Part shown: in pieces, positions 24,401 to 37,363 of the stretch
Numbering within the stretch: position 1 is the first letter of the stretch
Layout of the letters: each line of letters opens with the position of its first letter
Assembly: GCF_018977255.1 (NCBI RefSeq)
Contig: NW_024704742.1
Location: 136,836,001 to 136,900,000, forward strand
Source: Callorhinchus milii
Lineage: Eukaryota
Reading direction: 5' to 3'
DNA: 64,000 nt
Program-made: the position numbers and the translations under genes
The notes under the pieces: model-generated
What the model was told of the DNA's origin: nothing
What the model saw: the letters and a program-made list of their open reading frames with translations, nothing else
Databases searched by the model: none

Positions 24401-27400
24401 TTGGGCAAATACGGCAGCCAACAATGTCCAACAAATAGCCATTTTGTAACAGTAATGATTTATTTTATCTTTGGGATTGTCAGCCAGGACACAGGGAGAG
24501 AGAAACTCCCTTCTCTTTTTGATCAGTGCGTCTCACCTGAAAGCCGGCACCTCCGACAAAACAGTGCACCCTCAGCACTGCATTGGAGTGTCAGTCTAGA
24601 TTATACAAGTTCAAACTCACAATTTGGGGTTAAGAACTCCCAGGCAAGAATGTGACCAACTGAACCAATTGAGAGTGTGACCAACTGATATGCTTGTAGA
24701 GGGCCCAGTGGGAAAAAGATTACCCCTGACCGTTGGTGTGCCCCAAGGGCGAGCATGCCCCACCCCTCTCAACATCACCCTGGCTGCCAAACTATAGCCA
24801 ACCACATGTCAGGAGGCCATTCAACCCTCATTACTTGTGTCAAACAGGAAACGTCAGAATCAAGCCAACCCTCTGTGGCGATCTCTTGTCCAGTTCTTGA
24901 GCCAGGTGGGCCCACGGCACTACTGATTATGGACCTGCTTGGCTCATTGGCAGGACCTAGAAGGTCAGACCAGACACTAGGGGCCTCCCACTCAGCTACC
25001 ATTAACCCTGCAAGCCCAAATCCTAATGGTCCAAGCTGGACAAGCAAAAGGAAGGCTTGCCAGACAGCGGTCTTAATTGCAAGCTATGTAGTTTTAGCTG
25101 ACTAAACGTCAACACACACTCTGGTGTCTTCAGCCTCGGCTCTTGCCAACCTGCGCCTAATACCCTCTAGAATTAGGTAATAATAATAATCCTTGCATTT
25201 GATTTAGCGCTTTTCAGGTCTTCTAGACGTCTCAAAGAGCTTCACAGAATAGACTATAAAGTGAATTGACTGTATATTTGTGGGCGAAATGCGGCAGCCA
25301 GGTAAGCAGGATGCGTCCCTCCAGGGAGAGAGAGAACATTCCATTCCAATAAACATCTCTGAAATGCCCCGGAAATGTATAGCTGAGATTCACAGAACTC
25401 AGGTTTAGATACCTTAGAGTACAGTGTCAGACACCCGGATGAAGCAAAAAAACAATCAATCCACTGTATTTGTATTGGGAATTGCTCCACTAAGGACAGA
25501 CGACACCTTCATCCTCTGCTCTTTCCCATATCCTTATACCCATCCTCTGCACATGCTTATGTATTCCTTGTTAGCCGCTGATCGGTAGCGGCTGTGGCCA
25601 TGTGTAGAATCAAACTGTGATGAGACAGAAGCCTCCAACACACAGAAAGCTTTGGAGAAGATTCCCGAGCTGTGGAAGCGCAGTGAACAATCAAGGGAAG
25701 TCCGTCCAACCAACGCTTCCTTCCCCCCCAGCAGCCAGCGGTCAGTGGTACCTTGATCCCACAGGAGGAATTTTCTTGGAAGTTCGTTTTCAAAGTTTCT
25801 GTTGATAAAGGGGCTGAACGACAACCATGGGGTGATTGATGTGTGTGCATGAGGGGTGGTGTGGTTGTGTGTGTGTGTATGGTGGGGGGAGAAAAGAGGG
25901 GTAGTAAGGAGCCATCCACCAGGTGGATAACTCAATGATTTGCTGAATCTATCAGCGAGGACACCGGGAGATACTCCCTTCTCTTTTCCCACAGGGACGC
26001 AGAATCTTTAAGGTCCAGGAAATCAGATAAGACCTCAGTTTAACCTCCGACAATGCAGCACTCGCCCTGGCACTGCACTAAAGTCTCCGCCTTAGACTGT
26101 GAGTTCAAAGCCTTGACGTGGGGGCTCGAACCCACAATCTTCAGACTCACTTGAGATCAGAGCGCTACCCATTGAGCCAGGCTGACACATACACAGGTAG
26201 TGCTGCCAACGTCACTTTGCAAAAGAAGTGACGTCAGCAGCAACCTGACAGCCTCATAGACGCTCATTAATCTCGCTTTGCTTATAATGTGGCTGTTGAA
26301 ATATTGGATACAGATGACTATGAAAGGCCTGTGCTCTGTATCAATATCTCACTAAATTACTTTCAGTGAGATATTAAACCCAGCTCGTCTGCTTGTTCTG
26401 ATATTTAGGTTCACATTACAAATCTTGCAGTTCTGATTGCAGTTCTTCCAGGTGCTAGCGAATATTCCTCTCTAATCCAGTTGTAACCTCGTTGTTAGTC
26501 GATTGGCGGCAGATCACTTTCGGGAGGTAATAATCCCTCAAAATAATAATAATTTGGTTGCTCAACCCACAACTGTTTGTGGCACACTGCTGTGCGCAAA
26601 TGGCTGCTGCGTTTCACCCAAAAAAAGTCAATTCCTTTTACAGTAAATTCTGTGATGCACTTTGAGAAGTCTCAACATGATAAGGCACTACAGCAAATGT
26701 AAGGATTATCATCATGGGATTGGCCTGGTGCACGGAGCAAACAAGGGAAACAGAGTAAGTGTCAATGCTGGAGATGGCAGACCCTGAGCCTGGCTCTATA
26801 ATTAGCCCCATTTCCTACACTGAGGAACTCTGCAGGAACGCGCACACATCATTGAGGAAACACTATTGTCACCATGAGGGAACGCTTTCAGTCCAACAGC
26901 CTTCCTTTAGTTCCTCAGGGAGGTTGGGGAGTGGGCAAGATGCCAGGGATCTGGCAGAGCGGCACAGAACAGACACACAAACAAGCGTCCTATCTCCTCC
27001 TCTCCCCCCAGCACCACTCCTCGTTGATGCTTTCTTTGAAATGTCCCAGAGTTGATCAGAAGTGATTCCCTGATGGTGAACGATGGCCAGGAAAGCGTGG
27101 GAAGCTGTGTGTGGTTGGACACTGTCCAAGGCAGTCAGTGACCGGGCACAAAGCTGTAGCTTGTGCAGACACGAGCCATTCTGCTGTCAAGCAGTGGGCA
27201 AGAACTCAGGCCTTTATAAAGGGGGTGTGTGTTGTGTGTGTGAAAATGAACAAACTATTGTCTTGAATAATTAAATAAATAATCCATCAATTACTATTGC
27301 CCCTAACCTTGGGAATCCTCTGCCTCAATCCCTTCTTTCTGTCTGTCTTGCAACCCCACCTCAGCGCCTATCTCTTTGACTGCTCCTCTGGTCACCTCCC

Positions 27401-29269
27401 CCTCCCCTTTTTCACTTGCTTGGTATCCAATCCCACCACTTTGAAGCACATAGATATTGTCCTCCATGAAAAGCACTGAATAAATACAATAATAAATGGT
27501 TATTAATATAATAATCCTTTTGTTTAATATGGGGCCTCAAAGAGAAGTTTCAAAAGGCTTCACACAATGTACTGTAAAGTGTAGTGACTGTGTATTTTGC
27601 AGGCAAACACAGCAGCCAATTTGCACACAGCAACTCAAGCCAAAACAGTTATGATGTGAAAAATTTATTTTATCTGGGAGATGGTTGACCAGGACACCAG
27701 GAGAAAGTCCCTTCTCTTTTTGAACAGTACCACAGATTTTTAACGTCCACCTGAACAGACAGAGGGGAACTTGGTTTACCATCTCACCTGAAGGATGATA
27801 CCTCCAAAAATTCAGCTCAGTGGAATGACTCCCTGCCCCCAGTGACTGGTCTGCACTTCCAAGTCCTGCCAATGAGCTCGGCTGGCTGTGCTGTCATCAG
27901 CAGTGCCCTGGCTCAGGAAACGGACTCGAGACTGTCACTGAGGGCTGGCTCGGTTCCTACATTCTGTTGCCAAACTGGTCACTTGATAAAGCACCTTTCA
28001 TGTCAGAACAATTCGCCTACCAAAACAGTGACTTAACAATCAATCCTGTGAAGATAGATAGCCCTTTGTATTTGTAGGCGAACTGGAGCCTTCCCAATGG
28101 GTAAAGATCACCCCGGCTCTCTACAATACAGACTGCAAGGTCAAATTCCCGGCCTGTGCTGTTGGCTGTATTTAGTTGGGGCCAAGGCTAGGGACACAAT
28201 TGGTCTCAGAACCCCCATTTATTAGGGAGTTGGGGACCAGCCAGGGGTCCATCTGGTCAGTGTTAGGAGTAAAAAACACAGCGATTCAACAGTATTTAAA
28301 TATTGGAAATATGGGGGGTTAGTGAATGTTCACACACCAGCCCTCTGAGTGGAATGTCACTCGATTATTGTGCTTACAAATCATTTTATCTGGCTTATAT
28401 ATGGGGCTGCCTTCAATAACGTCCAGTGAGGGAAGGCTTTCAGCCCATGTGAGCGAGAGCCTGATCCCTGGAGATCCAGCTACCGAATTGCCTCCCGTGG
28501 TCCAAAAGGCACGGAGAGAGCTTTGCAGCCCTGTCTCCTCCTAGAAGTAGGTGAGATTGGGCATCTGTTAAGATGTAGGTGTGCACATACACACACCGCA
28601 TACATACATAGGAACATTCAGCCCTTCAAGCCTGTTCCAACATTCTATTAGACGATGGCTGATCTGTACCTCGAGTCCAACTAATTATTAATCATACTTG
28701 GACAGGAATGCACAGACATACCTGACACAAGGCCCATGTCCCCAGAGACTCCAACCATTACTCAGAATGATATGGTTCGTGCGTTTTTCAAAAGCCCCAT
28801 ATATCCAAGATCCAGAAATAGCGTTACTTTCAAGGATGCAGAAACCAGACATTGAAGTGTGGAGCAGTTCCCAGGGGAAGGTCTTTCTCTGGAACAAAAG
28901 GCTGAAGCCGTCAATGACCCCGCGCTCTCCTCCAGAGGTGCGGAGTGGGGACGGGACGGGACAGGGGGCTGTGACCAGCCTCTGTCACACATCCCTCTCG
29001 CACAATGGAAGGAAGAGGTGTGGACGGGGAAGCTGCTACTACGTGCTGACCCCGTCTCATGGTCGCTTGGCAAGAAAGCAGTCATCTCCCGCCAAGAATC
29101 ATTTCATTAAGAAAGTCTGCCCCCGCCCCCCCACCCCCAGTGTGTGACGGCCAGGCATGCCGGCCGGCCTCGTTGTACAGCTACCTGAGCCTTGGCACGT
29201 ACACATCCCGCCAACTGGGAGCCAAGGGCCAGGCAACAGGGAGAAACATTCATCGCACAGGAACAGGGG

Positions 29270-29645
29270 GGAGGGAAAGAGGGGACGAGAGAGACAGACA
29301 TTGAGACAGAGGGATGAGCCTGACAGAACAGAGAAGAGGAAGTGAGGGAGTGAGGTAGATGAAGAGACAGGAAAAAGGGAGAGAGTCAGATGCAGAGGAG
29401 AAAGGGAGAGACAGGATAGATGTCTGTATGTGTGGGGGGTGTGGGGGATGAGAGAGAAAGGGAGAGAGAGCGAGAGGAGACAGAAAGACACACAGACGGA
29501 CGTGGAAGTTGATATATATAGAGAGAGGAAGCAAGAAAGAGGCGAATTAAATGCAAGGGAGATAAAACATACAGAATGAGTGAGAGAGGGTGAGAGAGAG
29601 AGAGAGAACGATACACACATGCACATACAAATGCACACAGAACGA
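29270..29645. repeat. GA-rich low-complexity tract
   Basis: Imperfect (GA)n, purine-rich on +. Other microsatellites: (GA)n 1746-1762, (CA)n 5110-5415, (CT)n 5648-5666, (AC)n 58980-59140. Confidence 0.8.
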
Positions 29646-30720
29646 GATAGAATTCAAGGCCCAAGAGAGTGACTGTCACCATTTCACACACCCTTCCTCC
29701 CAGTCTGCAATATGAGCTTCAATCTCTCTACTGCAGGCTAATTCATTGTTTTTCTCCAATACGAAATCTTGACCTTCAAAACCCTTCATAATCTCGTCCC
29801 ACCTACCTCCTCTTCAGCCTGTTCTCCTACCCATACCCTCCATTCCTCTGTCTTTTGTTTGCTTCTCACTCCTCTGTTGATTCAGCCATTATACTGCACC
29901 CTATAAATCCCTCTTGCCTTAAGCCTTCTCTTCCTGCCTTCAAAACCCTGTTAAAAGCTTATTAATCTTTGCACTTGATATAGCTCTTATACCATCAAAA
30001 TATCTCAAAACACTAGGAGGGGGCAAGGCCATGAAAGGCCTTGAAGGTGAAAAAGAGAATTTTGAACTTGATCCTCTGAGGGATAGGGAGCCTGGCCGGG
30101 CAAGCAGGGGGTCGGCCTAGTTGTAATGAAGGCATGTATGAGGGGTAAGCCAGTGGCGGAGTCGGGCAATGTTACAGAGCTGGGGGAAGACAGAACAAGT
30201 CATGGCACGGATGTGAAGGAAAAGGACAGTTGAAGGTCGAACAAGACCACCTACATTAGGCTTGGTGAGGTAGAGTGTGCATCCGTGGATGCTGATGCTG
30301 CCAGTGCCTGAGGTGCAGAGGCGCTGAAGCGAGCCAATCGGGAGAGGAAATCTAGCATCTCCTCTCAGTTGGGGTTGGAGGAGAGGATGGGCAAGTCGTG
30401 AGAGGGTGGACAGAGAAGCCGGTTGGTAGTGGAGAAGAGAAGCCTGGAGTTGTCAGCCTAGACTGTGAGTTCAAAGTCCCAATGTGGGGCTTGAACCGAG
30501 AACCTTCTGACTCAGGAGTGAGAACATCATCCATTGACCAGGCTGACACATAGCTGGCTGGTTTGCATCCTGGTCCATGTTGAGTTTGCTGGAAACATCT
30601 ATTTGGAAAGCATAAAGATCCCTCAATCGTACTCAACTAAAGAGCAGGGAATTTATTCTGTTATCCTTGCTAATCATCCTCCAGATTATTCATTAGTTTC
30701 ATGGCCATTTGTGAGAATTT

Positions 30721-31048
30721 GTGGAGTCCTGTAGCTCAGTGGTTAGAGCACTCGCTTTGCAAGCGAGAGACCTGAGTTCAATTCCAGACACAGGGCGAAA
30801 CCTTGGGCAAGTTTCCTTACTCCACACAGAGCCTAATAATAATCCCTCCAAAACCAAAAACAACAATAAAATTGGTCATTTTCAATCTACGACTGTTTGT
30901 GGGACATTGCTGTGCGCAATTGGCTGCCGCGTTCGCCCACAAATATACAGTCAATTCACTTTACAGTGTGTTCTGTGAAGCGCTTTGGGACGTCCTCCCG
31001 ACGTGAAAAGCGCTATATCAAATGCAAGGATTATTATTATTATTATTA
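30721..31048 (+). mobile_element. tRNA-Ala-derived SINE, short subfamily
   Basis: Same consensus; anticodon arm CTCGC-TTTGCAA-GCGAG (anticodon TGC). Confidence 0.93.
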
Positions 31049-31274
31049 ATTGTTGGTACACATTTGCTGGTGCAAATAAGCTGCCACTTCAGGTTTTAGT
31101 CTGATACATCGGGAAACCCATCACCGTGCTTCAGAGTATCCAAACCAAACTGAGAATTCCATGGATCCCACCTACACATGGAAATTCCTCATTGTTCATT
31201 CATCATTTATCCTGGACTTCACCAGTGGCTGGTGGGAGCCTCTCCGCTCATCCCCAGGAGCTCAGAACACCAAG

Positions 31275-31460
31275 AGCTGAGTCCTGCAGTACACCAGATC
31301 ACCACTAGGGCCCCCGTGACTCAAGCCCAGACATGCAGTACACCAGATCACCACTGGAGGGCCGTTGACTCAAGCCCAGAGCTGCAGTACACAAGAGCAA
31401 CACTAGAGGCCCCCTGTGACTCAGAGCTCAGTTACACATCACACCAAGTGACCACTGTGG
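31275..31460. repeat. 49-bp tandem repeat, about 3.5 copies
   Basis: tgcagtacac recurs at 31285, 31334 and 31383. Confidence 0.85.
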
Positions 31461-31863
31461 TGGTTTTCCTGGGACACTGCAGTCCTGTTTTTATTCAGCC
31501 ATCCCTCAGGCCAAGGCAACCCTGAATATCAATGCACATCCCCCGCCTCGCCCAGCCCACCATTCGCGGGTGGGCCTTCTGCCATTCTGCCCCCACCCTC
31601 TGGAATCCCTCCCATGCCACCTTCAAGACCCGTCTCAAGCCGCTCCTCTTCGACCGTGTTTTTGGTCACCCTCCTTTCCCCCCCCCGCTCTCTTCACTCT
31701 CCCTGATCCCGACCGCCAGCTCAGGTCCGAAACACTGACTGTCCAGTGCCTTGGGGTGGGTGTCCTCCTGATGTGAAAGGCGCTTTACAAATATCAGGGG
31801 AAATATGGGAACAGAAATATTCTACATTATTCTACCTCCCCCAGTCAATATAATAATAATAAT

Positions 31864-32320
31864 GGAGTCCTGTAGCCCAGTGGTTAGACCACTTGCCCTG
31901 CAAGCGAGACACCTGGGTTCAATTCCAGGTAGGGTGAAACCTTGGACAAGTTTCCTTACTCCAAATGCCTAATAATAATCCCTCCAAAACAAAACAATAA
32001 TAAACTGGTCATTTTCAATCCACGACTGTATCCTTCCATTTGATATAGCGCTTTTCATGTCTTCTCGACGTCTCAAAGCGCTTCACAGAATAGCCTGTAA
32101 AGTGAATTGACCGTATATTTGTGGGCGAAACGCAACAGCCAATTGCTCACAGCAGCGTCTCACAAACAGTCGTGGATTGAAAATTACCAATTCATTACTG
32201 TTTTTTGTTTTGGAGGGATTATTATTAGTGTGCCCAAGGTTTCGCCCTCTGTCTGGAATTGAACCCAGGTGTCTTGCTTGCAAGGCGAGTGCTCTATCTA
32301 CTGAGCTATAGGACTCCACA
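31864..32320. mobile_element. Inverted SINE pair (5' half on +, full copy on -)
   Basis: 31864-32029 is a SINE head on +; 32030-32320 is a reverse-complement SINE. Confidence 0.88.
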
Positions 32321-32559
32321 TGCTTAAATATTCAGGATTTAGCATCCACACTGAGCTAAGCAGCTGCTGCTGAAGCTCTGCACCTCCACATAGTGGGATC
32401 ATCACTCCATGGGGGGATAGATGTATGTCAAGTGTGGGCCAGGAAACTCATGTTAAGCTGCTTATAGAGGCTCCAAAAGTGTACCTGCTACCCACCTAGT
32501 GAGGGATAAAACCTGCATTGGTGAGGTATTTAATGAACAAATGTTTAGGGTAGGTAACC

Positions 32560-32920
32560 TTAATAATAATCCTTGCATTTGATATAGTACCTTTTCACAT
32601 CTTCGAGACGTCTCAAAGCGCTTTACAGAAGCGAAGTGAATTGACTATCTTTTGTAGGCGAAACGCGGCAGCCAATTGCATACAGCAGCGTCCCACAAAC
32701 AGTCTTGGATTAAAGGAACCAACTTATTTTTTTTTTGGGAGGAATTATTACCCCCAGTAAAGTGATCCACCAATCGACTAACAACCGGGTTCCTACTTAC
32801 TGCTAGGTAAACAGAAGCGTGTGGAGTAAGGAAACGTGACAAAATTTTGCCCTACTGGGAATTTAACCAAGGTCTCTTGTGTGTGAGGCGAGTACTAACC
32901 ACTGAGCTAAAGGACTCCAC
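32560..32920 (-). mobile_element. tRNA-derived SINE, long subfamily
   Basis: Reverse complement of head, CORE-like segment, partial Deu segment and (ATT)n tail. Confidence 0.85.
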
Positions 32921-35900
32921 GCAATGGCGAGTTATGTGGATTTAGCTGGTTAGATTCCAGCAGTTACCCCACGCATGCTCTGGGCTCTTGCCTAATACTT
33001 TCCAGAATTAGGTAAGCAGCACGTATCCCTCCAGGGGAAGACTGCACATTTAATTTCAACAATCTATCTCTGGGATTTCCATGTGTAGGTGGGATACATG
33101 GAATTCTCAGGTTAGTTTGGATGCGCTTTAGCACAGTGATGGGTTTCCTCATGTGTCAGACACCCGGCTGACAAAATAAATAGATGGCATACATAGGTTG
33201 AACTCTGCCTGGTTTGGATGCTGTAAAACATGCTGATGTGTTGCTGACCCCACCCCCGGTACAATACAGGTGGAGGACAGAGTAGGTAGCCGAGGTGGGT
33301 CTCGAGGCGTGCCTTGAAGGAGGCAAGGGAAGGAGCGAGGCAAAGGGAATGTGGGACAGAGTTCCACAGGGTGGGGGGCATAGAGGCTGACTGCCATTGG
33401 TAGTGTGGGCTGGGCGTGGGACATGGAGCAGGCCAGAGACTGCTGAGCGGAGGGAGCCGACAGCTTGATAAAGTTGGAGAGGTGAGGGTGTCAATGTCAT
33501 GGAGGGCCTTGAAGGTGAGGACGAGGATTTTGAACTTGAGCGTTTGAGGGATGGGGAGCCAGTGGAGCTGGGTGAGCATGGGGGTGATGGGGTCACGGAG
33601 CCTGGTGCTGGAAAGGACGCGAGCTGCAGAGTTCTAGATGATCTACAGCTTGTGGAGGGAAGAGTTGGGAAGGCTGACAAGCAGGGCGTTGGCATAGTCA
33701 AGCCTGGATGTAAAGAAGGCATGTATGAGTTAAGTGGGGTCTCCTCCAAGGCGATGAGCCTAACAACTGAATATCAGAACTGGGTTGATCCTCTGCGTCC
33801 TCACAGTCCAGCTCCTGAGCCAGGCGGGTCTCCAGTTACTCGAGGACACTGTTGACAGACCAGCCAGCCAGGCTGATAAACAGGACTTGTGGCGCCCAAA
33901 CACCCCACCTGATATTCAGTGAAGACAAAAACAAGCACAGACTTGATGGCCAGTTCCGTGATATATCATTCCTTGATTTTATCACATTAAAAGGGATTTG
34001 GTTAAATGAAGAAGTGAAAGATTTCGGGGAAAGATGAGTGAGTACGATTAGAGCAGATAGCTCCAGTTGTTGGTGGGTGGAAACGGAAAAAGAAAAAGAT
34101 ACTGGCACCAGCACAGGCATATTGTGCTGAATATCCTCTATGCCTATCAAAGAGCATGAATGTCTCAAAGTTCCTCACTGAAACCCAACCCCCACCCAAC
34201 CCATGAAACAATCAACTGAGGAGAAATTCCACCTGGCTTTAGATTTACATTGCATTTTAAACATAGCCTTAAGGGTGATTTTCTGCATATTTCACCCACA
34301 AATGCACAGTCACTACACTTTAATGCATATTCTGGGGAGTGGTTTCGGATATCATGAAAGGTGTTATATCAAATGCTGATTATTACTACTACAGCTTGTA
34401 CTTAATATAATGGCCGCCATGAAGGGTAGCACCTCAGAGCATTTACTAATAATAATGCTACCATTTGATATAGTGCCTTGTCACATCATCGAGACTTGTC
34501 AAAGTGCTTCACAGGACACACTGCAAAGTGAGGTGACTGTATATTTTGTTGGCAAAAATTGTTCAAGAGCGAAAGAAAAACAACTTGAAAGATTGAAAAT
34601 AACCATTTGCTAAAATTCTGGACGCTCGGCAATGCTACATAAATCAAGCCTGTCTTCAACATCCTAATCCGATTGCCTTCCTTCACACCCCTCAATCTCA
34701 TTATTTCCAAGTATCGAGATGCTGTTTCCATCCTCTCCAGAAATACAATTCTTGCTAATTCAGTTTGTGACAAGGTTATGACAAGTGACTAATACAAAAG
34801 CATTAAAAAAATTGTATTTTGTGGGTGAAACGCAGCTGCCAATGCAATGTCTCACAAACAGTGGTGAATTGAGTGACTAAATTGTGTTTCAAAGGATTAT
34901 TACCCCCGGAAAGTGATCTGCCAATCAACGGGTTACGACTTTCTGCTGGATAAATCAAACCTGGGTCGTCTTGCTTTCAAGGCAAGCGCGCTAACCATTA
35001 CACTGTGGGACGCCACATCATTTGGAAGATCATTTCCTTTATAACAAAACCTGTGGAAAATATTTTCAAATCAAGAGAATTGTTAAATTTGGAAAAAAAA
35101 AGGCCAAGGTAGTTTTGAGTGGTCACCCAATTCTCCGCCCAGTGAAGCTGCTATACCAAACACAAGCACAAGGTGGCAGAGTAGACCACAAAGTCAATGC
35201 TTTGCCAACACTGCACTGCCGACTGCACAGTGGAGGGTTCAGTTCCTCATGTCATCCTCACAGCCTCTGACTTGCAACATCACACGACAGATCCTTTCCT
35301 CTAAGTAGGACAGCGATGCCGGGTTTGCTAAATTGAGATTGAAGCTTGGGTTCCGGGGAATAAGGACAGTGCGCCAACACCCACCCAAAACATATACTGT
35401 TTAGTCTATCATCCCCCACTTAACCCACAGTCTACTTAAAACACTGCTGTTGGTTCAGCCGGGTCTGAAACCCATTACCGCGCTTAAGTAACCAAACCAG
35501 GCAGTGTTCCACATAGATAAGTCATGAGGCATTAAAATTTCTCATGTGGAATGAAAAACGCTCACTTGCATCCTGCTTAACTAATTCTAGGTATTAAGCA
35601 TAGGTTAGCAAGAGCCAAGGTTTGGGGACCCCAGAGTGTACACTGGGGGTAATTGAAGATGTCTAACCAGGTAAAACTGCACAACTTGCCCATTGAGAGC
35701 ACTGTCTGGCAAGCTTTCCTGCTGCTTGTCCAGGTAGGACCACCCTACCCCTTTAGGGCTTTGGCTTCCAGGGTTAACAGAAGCCGAGTGGGACAAATCT
35801 CTGCCATTATTTTGAAACCTACTCAAAACCCACTAAGCAGTCAACATGCACTTGGGGAGCGTGGGCAAGCGAGAAGTCCCCAGACATTTTTCTCGGCACA

Positions 35901-35933
35901 GATCCTGGAAGCTGGAGACCTTTGGAGCCTTAC

Positions 35934-36009
35934 CTGTCGGACGGGAAGCACTTTGTCCAAGTCGTTCAAGGTAATGTTTCCATCCTCCTCAGGTGTCCCC
36001 TTCACCACC
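35934..36009 (-). CDS. CTIF: CTIF coding exon 5
   Basis: gtgcAG|VVKGTPEEDGNITLNDLDKVLPVRQ|GTAAGG; 76 nt, phase 2/0; matches the INLNDIEKVLP motif. Confidence 0.93.
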
Positions 36010-36119
36010 CTGCACAGAGAGCACAGCCATTAGGACTCATCCACCAGGATCCCCACCAAACAGCTCTAACCCCAGCCGGTCAATACCCCCACGTTACCTG
36101 AGCTACACTGAATTTAAAC

Positions 36120-36705
36120 TCCGTTCACGCATTTGTTTGTCCAGATTTGACTGTGCTAACTTTCTGCTTATTGGCCTTCCCAATTCTTTCCTACACAAGC
36201 TGTAGAGCATCCAGAATCCTGCAGCTCGTCTCCTCTCCCGCACCAGGCTCTGTGATCCTATCACACCCACCCTCACCCGGGTCCACTGGCTCCTCATCCC
36301 CCTGAGGATCGAGTTCAAAATCCTCATCCTCACCTTCAAGGCCCTCCACGGCCTAGCTCCTTCCTATCGCTGTGACCAGCTGACACCATATCAGCCTGTC
36401 CGCTCCCTCTGCTCAGCATGCTTCAGCTTGCTCCATGTCTCCCGCTTGATCATCGGCTGTCGGGCCTTCAGCCTCTCTGCCCCAACCCTTTGGAACTCCA
36501 TCCCACAGTCCCTTTGCCTCAAGGTGTTCACACCCCCCACGCCCTTCTCTTTGACTGCACCTTCGGCCACCCTCCTACTACCACCCTCCCAGCCCTCCAC
36601 TTCCCTGAACCCAACCTCTAGCTCGGTTCCAAATCCCTGACTGTTCAGCGCCTTGGGACATCCTCCCAACATGAAAGGTGCTATATAAATATAATTTGTT
36701 GTAGT
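36120..36705 (+). mobile_element. LINE-2 3' fragment
   Basis: Decayed L2 ORF2 end and tail. Other decayed L2 pieces near 30010-30350(-), 31530-31790(+), 33270-33735(-), 50420-51240(-), 55476-55635(-), 56850-57335(+), 59550-60010(-) and 60790-61320(+). Confidence 0.85.
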
Positions 36706-36964
36706 TATTTAACAACATAGACAGTGAGCACCACCTTTCACCCACTGCTCACCCAGACATCTTACTGTCTCCCGGCTCCAACTATCTCCTACCCACCCCT
36801 CCGCGCCCCAGACATCTTGTTATATGCCCTCCTCCAGACATCTCATTTCAGAAGTCTCACTAACACGCCGCATCCTCCCTTTCTGGACCAGGCGCACAGT
36901 GAGCATGCTCTGAGTTAATATCTGCCTGAGCTATTGGAATCCAGGGGCGGTGAGCCATCCTTAC

Positions 36965-37072
36965 CCATCCCGGTCGATGTGCGGCAGGTGTTTGGGAACA
37001 TTCCGGAAATGCTTCCGATGGAACGAGGTTGAGAAATCTAGTTTCTCGGGCTGCAGGTCCCATGTGGCCCCA
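36965..37072 (-). CDS. CTIF: CTIF coding exon 4
   Basis: ttgcAG|GATWDLQPEKLDFSTSFHRKHFRNVPKHLPHIDRD(G)|GTAAGG; 108 nt, phase 2/2. Confidence 0.96.
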
Positions 37073-37363
37073 CTGCAAATAAAAGGCCGAACAGTCACAA
37101 CCTGGACTAACCTCTCGACCACACCAACCGCCCAGTCCCTGCCCTGCACAGACACCCTCGGCCTCCGTGTCCTATCCTGTTGCCCGGTTTCCTCACCCCC
37201 CACGCACAACAACCCCACCCCCATCCAACCGATCCAGCTCTTCCCTGTAGTCCGTTTATTCATGGTCTCGAATACCCACCTACCCCCTCGCCCCAAGTCA
37301 CTGCCCTCTTTCCCTGGCTCTCACGAGCTGATGATGAGTTTTTTCGGCAGGGAGGGTGCATAC

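Noticed and set aside
30721..30795. tRNA-Ala(TGC)-like gene
   Set aside because: No proper acceptor stem, and it always continues into the SINE body and tail in many copies. It is a SINE head, not a tRNA.
31275..31460. CRISPR-like repeat/spacer array
   Set aside because: Vertebrate context, whole units are homologous with no unique spacers, and there are no cas genes. The same applies to 2030-2296.
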